Positions 53,301 through 59,488 of a stretch of DNA of 59,488 nt are shown here, in pieces. Below the pieces are notes generated by a model, which was not told the DNA's origin, searched no databases, and saw only the letters and a program-made list of their open reading frames with translations. A program made the translations under genes and the position numbers. This DNA is from a virus (Duplodnaviria; Caudoviricetes). The stretch lies in IMG/VR virus record IMGVR_UViG_3300020165_000023, positions 1-59,488 of that record, one strand, 5' to 3'. Each line of letters begins with the position of its first letter. Position 1 is the stretch's first letter.

Positions 53301-55051
53301 CGGGTCCGGGTTATGCTGGAACATACTTCCAGTACGTGATTCCGGCAGACGTAGAACCGGGTAAATTCTTAACATTTACAGATGGTGCAACCAGCACTGC
53401 GTATTCTAACGTACCTTTGACTATTGCTGGTTCAAGCTACACTGCTAGTGTTACTGGTATTACTCTAGAAGGTCCAACAGCTAACCAGACAGGCACTAAC
53501 TTCTTTGAAGCTGCTGATCAGCACGGGTGGGTGTCGGTTGATGAGCCACTTGGAGCAGGTCAAAGACTAGTATTGACAGGTGCATTCCTCGCTGATGCTG
53601 CTGAAGCAATGGGTGTTGGGACTCACCTCAATATCGGTCTAAAAGATGGAGCGTGGGTAAACACTATCGCTAATCAAAATCCTAATGGATTTGAAGGTGG
53701 TATGGGTATTTTCATATATAGGTCCAACACTACTGCTTATGCAATGTACATTGCCAATCAAGTTGCAGGAACGAATACACAGATACTGGGTAGTTTTACT
53801 GCCGCTTCGCAGTTCCTTCCCTACAATGCATTTATAGAAGTAACAAGCGATGGTAATAACATTAGAATGGGGTATGATTTGACAAGTACTCATGATGCAA
53901 CTACAGAAACTTACGATGACTGGAATTCAATCCGCAAGGTAGAATCAGGTGATCAAGGATTCGGGATTACTGAACTTGATGTTATGGTTCTAGGTTGGCC
54001 AATCGCAGGTAGGTTTGTCGATGATACTACAGATGCAGATGACATTGATTGGACTGCTCTTTCTGAAATAGCTATTCCAGTTGCTTCAACAGCAAATGCA
54101 ACAAGTTGGACTAAAGCAGTAGACTTTGATGGTAGTAATGATTACCTTATACAAGGCCCTACCTCTTCTTTCTCTCGCATACCGATGATGCTTCCAATTG
54201 ATAGACAAATTAATGCAGATACAATTTTAACAGAAGGTTATACGTCTTCAAATGGTCAGGCACGAACTTGGGCATCAACAGTTACTTTTAAGTGGGGTGG
54301 TGGTTCATCTGACCAATACATTTGGAGTATGGGTGGTAGTCAAAGTCAAGATATTCACTTGTACGTAAATAGTGGAGGTGACATTTACTTTGCTTGGGGT
54401 GCAGGTTCTCCTAACGCAGCTGAAAAACTAATTGGACAGGTGTCAATAGGTGAATGGGTAAGTGTTTATGTAGGCTGTGCAGGTCTCAGACCTTTCCCAA
54501 ATACAGATGCAAACCAGACTAATCTGAACAAAAACTTTGACTTCAGAGTGGCAAATGCCAACTTTATTGCGAATGATTTAGATGCAAGTCAGTTGATAAC
54601 ACCTCCAGCGACATGGGCAGGTACAGGTAATCCTATTATGTATGTGGAGATTGATGGTTACTTTACCGTTGGTGCAAGCCATAATGGTAATAGGTTCAAT
54701 GGAACAATAGCTAGTTTGGTTACAACTACCTTGAAAATAAATGACCAAATGCCTCAAGATGCTGAAATCAAGATGATGATGTTAGACCCTATGGGTTGGT
54801 TGAATGATTACAAAATTGGTAACACTTACAGACGACCTCACGCCGGTGGCAATTACTCTAACTTCCAATTGAATGATAACTCAGCTTACGCAGGTACACA
54901 AGTTTGGTTAATGGGTGATGGTACTAATGATAGCTTTAGTAATGGTATTAGAAACCAAGTAGAGTCGACAGAAACAACTTATACCAAGTTGACCTTCAAC
55001 AATATGCAATCTAATGATATTCAGAACGTATCTATTACAGGTCTGACGTAA
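50387..55051 (+). CDS. Large protein with right-handed parallel beta-helix and C-terminal LamG-like domains (possible depolymerase/lectin appendage)
   Basis: GSSVHPY..L..AI beta-helix cap, Asn-ladder repeats (NxxxxNxxxGIY), and KAVDFDGSNDYL LamG start. Confidence 0.7.
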   Translation: MAIKIVRNAAGNCIHFRGTSNPVHFNACLSGQVDTVDNTLVNVVNDIQTAETGTTQYEFYNIPYTEFRDATGATFADAQAVADYVTTNGNVAAPEDINVGYKGVFDASGGFDPETITPSLYDSDNTPVNGDWFFINTAGTVDSDVYTVNDIIKYSGTTDTWQQVKNAFATVEEIEASALNRYDIHVDGDYTGTIRNGSSVHPYIDLNTAISASTAGQSILIKGTITAPLSTGTAFTLPHSLFFYGADECVIKFATYDATNGDLFKFEGTDYSQEFSFNNITMMNAGGYGLLIKKALKVTVEDCTLTNNGWNGTGLSTVAAEAGGVLGYDSTQADLQAFYAGSNASNGGAMRIQEAPQVLIVGNTVTKNLRGIRVQDCGVNGAGFVTRNQSTQNIESGIYLAVGSLGGCQNITVINNYSGYNANNGALIIGGLNNKLSQNEINGNWSGGVVNWGSGNLTLRDCGLYDNNRSGFNGIGNVGDAKASIQINDAYSFLATAFVANADARFIMEVLDTQVHYTGVGSNTTKVGLLLTSGMGSIPANEHNIINIDDVGFIGQDYAIDLSEVDITNMQLSVGDCRYQNIGIKAVRAPLAGNYSELPFSNHVTNVASVDVVVDTLKMSISLREGVGGNVINTYSANELQGVIRGTEVDIIQKTSDKIQIRGLTLGNVYVNGVVAGTNLATMNDTINAAFNMDLTEYKDFIETEVGVEGAGNSAAFYYIESPDGVFHYPLFKTAAEANQVDSDLTGAGESHTHTYADDTTGTTWYMPTVSNHMDASSAPLNGLYTAPNGESIESVVWNIQTTDVDTNYLPTFSSITYNVQEGSAINIQYKAAGMTDTFSLTGVPAGYADDGFAIIGTAEDITNGYGQSVQHVINVTKANVFGSVQGTITINVLANLAGNEFTIVDQAGAIKFTQDGGATVLDFNTVTFNAGSTYKFYVDGATLQTNDVFDIVDANGNAVTGNDGLSMTGGSGPGYAGTYFQYVIPADVEPGKFLTFTDGATSTAYSNVPLTIAGSSYTASVTGITLEGPTANQTGTNFFEAADQHGWVSVDEPLGAGQRLVLTGAFLADAAEAMGVGTHLNIGLKDGAWVNTIANQNPNGFEGGMGIFIYRSNTTAYAMYIANQVAGTNTQILGSFTAASQFLPYNAFIEVTSDGNNIRMGYDLTSTHDATTETYDDWNSIRKVESGDQGFGITELDVMVLGWPIAGRFVDDTTDADDIDWTALSEIAIPVASTANATSWTKAVDFDGSNDYLIQGPTSSFSRIPMMLPIDRQINADTILTEGYTSSNGQARTWASTVTFKWGGGSSDQYIWSMGGSQSQDIHLYVNSGGDIYFAWGAGSPNAAEKLIGQVSIGEWVSVYVGCAGLRPFPNTDANQTNLNKNFDFRVANANFIANDLDASQLITPPATWAGTGNPIMYVEIDGYFTVGASHNGNRFNGTIASLVTTTLKINDQMPQDAEIKMMMLDPMGWLNDYKIGNTYRRPHAGGNYSNFQLNDNSAYAGTQVWLMGDGTNDSFSNGIRNQVESTETTYTKLTFNNMQSNDIQNVSITGLT

Positions 55052-55075
55052 CGTATATATAAGCGTATACTATAA

Positions 55076-55099
55076 AATAGGGGGCTTCGGTCCCCTATT
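55076..55099 (+). terminator. Terminator-like hairpin with cUUCGg tetraloop
   Basis: AATAGGGGG-C-TTCG-G-TCCCCTATT. Confidence 0.65.
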
Positions 55100-55118
55100 A
55101 ATCTAAGTATTTTATTTG

Positions 55119-55126
55119 TATAAATA
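55119..55126 (+). promoter_or_regulatory. Late promoter for prohead genes
   Basis: TATAAATA. Confidence 0.75.
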
Positions 55127-55160
55127 AAGATATAATGTTACCAAGTGGAGTAATAATATT

Positions 55161-55328
55161 ATGACTGATAACATCAAGAATTTCGTACACGCTGTTGTAC
55201 AAAAAGATTTTGATGCAGCCAATGATCATTTTGGTGCTGAGATGCAATCCCGTATGGCGGATCGCTTTGAGCAAGAAAAGATCAATGTTGCATCTGGTAT
55301 GTTTAACGACGTAAATGAAGAAGAGTAA
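55161..55328 (+). CDS. Prohead core protein (gp67-like), 55 aa
   Basis: Not in the ORF track. MTDNIKNFVHAVVQKDFDAANDHF...MADRFEQEKINVASGMF; GGAG ribosome-binding site; position between portal and protease. Confidence 0.75.
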   Translation: MTDNIKNFVHAVVQKDFDAANDHFGAEMQSRMADRFEQEKINVASGMFNDVNEEE

Positions 55329-55329
55329 G

Positions 55330-55527
55330 ATGAAAACTTTTACAGAACTTCGCAGCGCTTTAAATGAAGCTGCTGACAAAAAGATTAAAGTACAGGGCCA
55401 GACTGTTACTCTTAAAGCTAAGGATAAACAGTTCGATGCTTACATTGGCAAAGAAAAGCTTGGTACCTTTAAGTCTGAGAAAGAAGCTGTAAAAGAGATC
55501 GAAGCTTTTCTCGATCAAATTAAATAG
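55330..55527 (+). CDS. Prohead core-associated protein (gp68 position)
   Basis: MKTFTELR capsid-targeting-like N-terminus with an LNE cleavage-like site; synteny. Confidence 0.65.
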   Translation: MKTFTELRSALNEAADKKIKVQGQTVTLKAKDKQFDAYIGKEKLGTFKSEKEAVKEIEAFLDQIK

Positions 55528-55544
55528 TATAAGTAGGAGCGATC

Positions 55545-56207
55545 ATGAAGCTTATTAGTGAAAATACAAACCCAGACGTTGGCTATGAGATTGTTGAATC
55601 CGTAGATGCTTCTGGTGTTGCGGCACGCAAGTATTACATCACTGGTATCTTTGCTCAAGCAGAGCAAAAGAACCGGAATGGTCGCATCTATCCTAAAGCA
55701 GTGCTGGAAAGCGCTGTACAGAAATATGTAGACGAGCAAGTATCGACTGATCGTGCTGTTGGTGAATTGAACCACCCGAACAGTCCTACTATCGACTACA
55801 AAGAAGTTTCTCATCGTATCACTGAGCTCTACTGGAGCGGCAATGATGTGATGGGGAAGGCATTGATCCTTGATACACCTAACGGCAAGATTGTACAATC
55901 TCTGCTTGACGGCGGTGTGAAGATCGGTGTTTCTACTCGTGGTATGGGAACAGTCGCAAGCAAAACTGGTGTTAACATGGTTAACTCTGATTTTGTTTTG
56001 AATACAGTTGATATCGTTCAAGACCCATCTGCACCATCTGCATATGTCAATGGCATTATGGAAGGTGTTGATTGGGTACAGACCGAGACCGGCGAATTCA
56101 AAGCGCGACGCATTGAAGAAAATGAGACTGAAATTGAAGAAGTGTCTGCACCTGACCTCACTGAGGCACAGGTCAGAGAATTCGAGAATTTCCTCTCTAG
56201 GTTTTGA
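55545..56207 (+). CDS. gp21: Prohead protease gp21
   Basis: MKLISE, GIFAQAE.KNRNGRIYP, GELNHP, SHRI, GVSTRGMG, DIVQDPSAP.AYV.GIME. Confidence 0.95.
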   Translation: MKLISENTNPDVGYEIVESVDASGVAARKYYITGIFAQAEQKNRNGRIYPKAVLESAVQKYVDEQVSTDRAVGELNHPNSPTIDYKEVSHRITELYWSGNDVMGKALILDTPNGKIVQSLLDGGVKIGVSTRGMGTVASKTGVNMVNSDFVLNTVDIVQDPSAPSAYVNGIMEGVDWVQTETGEFKARRIEENETEIEEVSAPDLTEAQVREFENFLSRF

Positions 56208-56227
56208 TTTAATAAAGGAATCAAGTA

Positions 56228-57343
56228 ATGAGTGAAGAAAACTTCGAAATCGAAGAGATCATTGCTGAAGACTCCGTCGAATCCGTAGAGGAAAGCGATG
56301 TAGTTGAGGGCGTCGATCTTGACGAAGGCAAAAAGCCTGCTAAGAAAGAATCTAAAAAGGATTCTGATGACGAAGGTGACGACGAGGAAGAGCTTGAAGA
56401 AGGTCTTACCGATGGCGACGCTAAAGTTGACGTAGCACAAGCTTCTGCTCCTACGACAAAGGGCGACGCTAAAAGCGTTAAAGCTCCTGGTACCAAATTT
56501 GGCATGTTGGCTGCAATGAACAACCACATGGCAAAGATGGACAAAGTAGCGATGAACGCTATGTATAAAAAAGTAATGGAAGGTGTTGATGAAGATTCTA
56601 TCGACACTCAATCGTACGACTTCTCTGAAGACCTCGATGCATTGACTTCCGGTGAAGACGCTCTGTCTGAAGGCTTCCGCTCTCAGGCTGGCACTATTAT
56701 GGAAGCTGCTGTAGCTGCTAAGGTTGCTACTGCTGTTGAGAACCTGGAAGAACAGTATGCTGAAGAGCTTTCTGCTGAACTTAATGAGTTCACTGATGGC
56801 ATGGTTAACAAGGTAGACGAATACCTTAACTATGTTGTTGAGAACTTCATGGCTGATAATGCTCTGGCTATTACTAACGGTCTACGTACTGAAATCGCTG
56901 AAGACTTCATGGGCAAGCTGCATAGCGTGTTCACTGAATCTTACATCGAAGTTCCTGAGTCTAAGGTCGACTTTGTTGACTCCCTGGCTGAGGAAAATGC
57001 TGAACTTAAGGGCAAGCTGAACCAGTCTATTGAATTGGGTCTGTCTGTCAACGAAGAACTTAAGGTTCTGCAGCGTGCTGCTATTGTAGCTGAGTCTGCT
57101 GAGTCCCTTACGGCTACTCAGGCTGAAAAGCTTGCTGAGCTTGCTGAAGGTGTTGAATTTGTTTCTGAAGGTGACTTCCAGGAAAAGATGGACACACTTG
57201 TTTCTTCTTACTTCAGCGCTAAGACTAAGACTGTTACCTCTGATTTGGTAGAAGAAGAAGTTGAAGTAGAGGCTACTCCAATCTCTGAAACTGCTGATCC
57301 CCTGATGGCGGCAACTCTTGCTGCTCTCCGATCCAAAAAGTAA
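56228..57343 (+). CDS. gp22: Prohead scaffold protein gp22
   Basis: Acidic; LSEGF...A.TI.EAAV, KVDEYLNYVVE....N.LA...GLR.EIAEDF...L...F.E.YIEVP. Confidence 0.92.
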   Translation: MSEENFEIEEIIAEDSVESVEESDVVEGVDLDEGKKPAKKESKKDSDDEGDDEEELEEGLTDGDAKVDVAQASAPTTKGDAKSVKAPGTKFGMLAAMNNHMAKMDKVAMNAMYKKVMEGVDEDSIDTQSYDFSEDLDALTSGEDALSEGFRSQAGTIMEAAVAAKVATAVENLEEQYAEELSAELNEFTDGMVNKVDEYLNYVVENFMADNALAITNGLRTEIAEDFMGKLHSVFTESYIEVPESKVDFVDSLAEENAELKGKLNQSIELGLSVNEELKVLQRAAIVAESAESLTATQAEKLAELAEGVEFVSEGDFQEKMDTLVSSYFSAKTKTVTSDLVEEEVEVEATPISETADPLMAATLAALRSKK

Positions 57344-57375
57344 AAACCCGATTTAAATCTTAAGGAATATTAAAA

Positions 57376-58677
57376 ATGACTTACAATCTCGCTTCCGCTG
57401 ACCAGTTGGTCGAAAAGTGGGCTGACGTTCTGAACGAAGGTTCTGCGCCAGCAATTAAAGACTCCCATCGTCAGATGATGACTGCTATTATGCTTGAGAA
57501 CCAGGCTCAGTCCATCTCCGAGAACAACCAGTTGAACGAAACTTCTAACACTGGCTCCATGACTTCTTGGGACCCAATCATGATGTCCCTCGTACGTCGT
57601 TCCATGCCAAACCTGATGGCTTACGACGTAGCTGGTGTACAGCCAATGACTGGCCCAACCGGTATCGCTTTCGCAATGAAGGCACGCTACGGCGCTGGTG
57701 CAACCTCTTCCCGTGAAGCTCTCTTCAACGAAGCTGAGACTAACTTCTCTGGTACCGGTGCACACGATTCCGACAACGTTTCTGGCCTCGACGCTGGTAA
57801 CACTGATGGTGATGCTACCATCGACGATTCCGACCTGACCGGCCTGACCGGCGTTGGCATGTCCACTGCTACCGGTGAAGCACTGGGTACTGGCATGGAA
57901 GAAATGGGTTTCACCATTGAGAAGGCTACCGTGACTGCAAAGACACGTGCTCTCAAGGCTGAATACACCACTGAGCTTGCACAAGACCTTAAGGCGATCC
58001 ACGGTCTGGACGCTGAGTCTGAGCTTGCTAACATCCTGTCCACGGAAATTCTCGCTGAGATCAACCGTGAAGTTGTTCGTACCATTAACTCCCAAGCTAA
58101 GATCGGTGCTTCCACATCGAACACTGCTGTTAACGGTATCTTCAACCTGAACACGGATGCTGACGGTCGTTGGTCTGTTGAGAAGTTCAAGGGTCTGATG
58201 CTTCAGATTACTCGTGAAGCTCACCAGATTGCTAAAGACACACGTCGTGGTCGCGGTAACTTCATCGTATGTTCGGCTGACGTTGCTTCCGCTCTTGAAG
58301 CTGCTGGCGTACTTGATTACAACCCTGCGCTTCAGACTGGTCTGAATGTTGATGACACAGGCAACACGTTTGCTGGTGTTATTGGTGGTCGCACCAAGGT
58401 ATACGTTGATCCGTATGCAGTTGCTGATTACATCAACGTTGGTTACAAGGGTACTTCCGCATACGATGCTGGCGTATTCTACTGCCCATACGTTCCACTG
58501 ACAATGATGCGTGCTGTTGACGAAGCTAGCTTCCAGCCAAAGATCGGCTTTAAGACTCGCTACGGCATGGTATCCAACCCATTCGTTGGTGACATTTCTT
58601 CCGGTCGTGATGGTCTTGCTACTGCTCGTACCAACTCTTACTATCGCATCTTTCGGGTTGAAGGAATCCTGGTTTAA
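57376..58677 (+). CDS. gp23: Major capsid protein gp23
   Basis: LVRRSMPNLMAYD..GVQPMTGPTG, RALKAEYT.ELAQDLKAIHGLDAE.ELANIL, YCPYVPL, FQPKIGFKTRYG. Confidence 0.97.
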   Translation: MTYNLASADQLVEKWADVLNEGSAPAIKDSHRQMMTAIMLENQAQSISENNQLNETSNTGSMTSWDPIMMSLVRRSMPNLMAYDVAGVQPMTGPTGIAFAMKARYGAGATSSREALFNEAETNFSGTGAHDSDNVSGLDAGNTDGDATIDDSDLTGLTGVGMSTATGEALGTGMEEMGFTIEKATVTAKTRALKAEYTTELAQDLKAIHGLDAESELANILSTEILAEINREVVRTINSQAKIGASTSNTAVNGIFNLNTDADGRWSVEKFKGLMLQITREAHQIAKDTRRGRGNFIVCSADVASALEAAGVLDYNPALQTGLNVDDTGNTFAGVIGGRTKVYVDPYAVADYINVGYKGTSAYDAGVFYCPYVPLTMMRAVDEASFQPKIGFKTRYGMVSNPFVGDISSGRDGLATARTNSYYRIFRVEGILV

Positions 58678-58714
58678 TCAACCAAGCGATTTCTTTACTC
58701 GAAATAAAAATGAG

Positions 58715-58739
58715 AAAGGGCGCTTCGGCGCCCTTTTTT
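58715..58739 (+). terminator. Rho-independent terminator after gp23
   Basis: AAAGGGCGC-TTCG-GCGCCCTTTTTT. Confidence 0.9.
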
Positions 58740-58752
58740 ATTACCTAACATG

Positions 58753-58760
58753 TATAAATA
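58753..58760 (+). promoter_or_regulatory. Late promoter for the HNH gene
   Basis: TATAAATA. Confidence 0.75.
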
Positions 58761-58825
58761 AAAGTGTAGATCGCGGTACGCCAATACCCATCTACTCTAG
58801 ACACATATCCAGCAAGGTATCCAGC

Positions 58826-59359
58826 ATGACTATTTATCATATGCACCACATTATCCCGAAACACGCAGGCGGGACAGATGACCCTTCAAACTTAATTAAG
58901 CTGACAATTGAAGAGCACGCTCAAGCGCACCTCGATCTATATGAAAAGAACGGAGACGAGCGTGACCTCCTAGCATATAAGTTTCTATTGGGTCAAATTG
59001 ATAAACAAGACCTAATCAAAGTTTTACAAAAGTTACCTAAGACTGATCAACATAAACAGAAAATATCTGAGTCGTTGAAAGGTGAACGCAATCCGCAATG
59101 GGGTAAGACAACCTCACAAAAGCAAAAGGATGCAGTCAGTAAAGCAATGAAGGGCAAAAAGAAAAATTACAAAGTTGAATGTAATTGGCCAACTAAAAGC
59201 GGCAAAGACAATCCAGCATCAAAGGCTGTTATCTGTGAAGGTATTACGTATGATACAATTAGCGAAGCCGGACGAGCCTATGGTATTAGCAAAGACTCAA
59301 TCCGGCATCGTTGTTTAAGTGATAAGCCAAAGTGGAAAGACTTTAGCTATTTTCTGTGA
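58826..59359 (+). CDS. Free-standing HNH homing endonuclease with NUMOD3/NUMOD1-like DNA-binding modules
   Basis: HHIIPKHAGGTDDPSNLIKLTIEEHAQAH; HKQKISESLKGERNPQWGK; YDTISEAGR.YG. Confidence 0.88.
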   Translation: MTIYHMHHIIPKHAGGTDDPSNLIKLTIEEHAQAHLDLYEKNGDERDLLAYKFLLGQIDKQDLIKVLQKLPKTDQHKQKISESLKGERNPQWGKTTSQKQKDAVSKAMKGKKKNYKVECNWPTKSGKDNPASKAVICEGITYDTISEAGRAYGISKDSIRHRCLSDKPKWKDFSYFL

Positions 59360-59486
59360 TATATTTTCGAACCATGTCAGGGGTAAATATTCCCTCAACA
59401 AAGTTCTCTGCTGCATCTTCGGCAAAACGTAATGCCTTATGCGTATAATCAATCTGCCCGATAGACATGTCATGCACCAGGTAATT
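59343..59486 (-). CDS. 3' end of a hypothetical protein (partial)
   Basis: Open to the window edge: ...IDYTHKALRFAEDAAENFVEGIFTPDMVRKYITENS*. Confidence 0.6.
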   Translation of the reverse strand, partial: NYLVHDMSIGQIDYTHKALRFAEDAAENFVEGIFTPDMVRKYITENS

Positions 59487-59488
59487 AA

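Noticed and set aside
58511-58825. N-terminal extension of the HNH ORF in the track
   Set aside because: It overlaps gp23 and crosses the terminator and late promoter; the real start is the ATG at 58826.
1-59488. tRNA/rRNA genes, introns and alternative genetic code
   Set aside because: No cloverleaf or rRNA-like segment was seen in the short intergenic gaps. Core genes are uninterrupted, and TAA, TAG and TGA all end conserved genes at the expected positions.

Overview
This window is the virion morphogenesis region of a large T4-like myovirus, most similar in organisation to marine/aquatic T4-like phages. The host cannot be determined from this sequence. In order it holds: the 3' end of an ATP-dependent DNA ligase, gp33 and gp32; an inverted block (tape measure, gp51/gp26-like chaperone, gp54, gp2, gp4); baseplate genes (48, 53, 27, a gp5 split over several genes, 25, 6, 7, 8, VrlC-like); neck genes 13/14/15; two long repeat-rich fibres and fibre-tip/glycine-rich adhesin cassettes; terminase 16/17, sheath 18, tube 19 and portal 20; an inserted beta-helix cassette; prohead genes 67/68/21/22; major capsid 23; and a free-standing HNH endonuclease. 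Many T4-type late promoters (TATAAATA) are present. Five signals stand out. (1) A D-S-[A/D] tripeptide is enriched across otherwise unrelated outer-surface virion proteins and amplified to about 54 'DTHDSAAV' repeats in fibres, making it a candidate virion-wide modification sequon. (2) A T TTT TTT -1 frameshift site would fuse the gp26-like and gp51-like ORFs just upstream of the tape measure gene. (3) A promoter-like/G-tract element occurs twice, 20.1 kb apart. (4) The gp5 spike is split into genes carrying three different peptidoglycan-hydrolase domains. (5) There are three paralogous fibre-tip/adhesin modules, one with a decayed adhesin. All assignments come from motif recognition and synteny by eye; no database searches were run.
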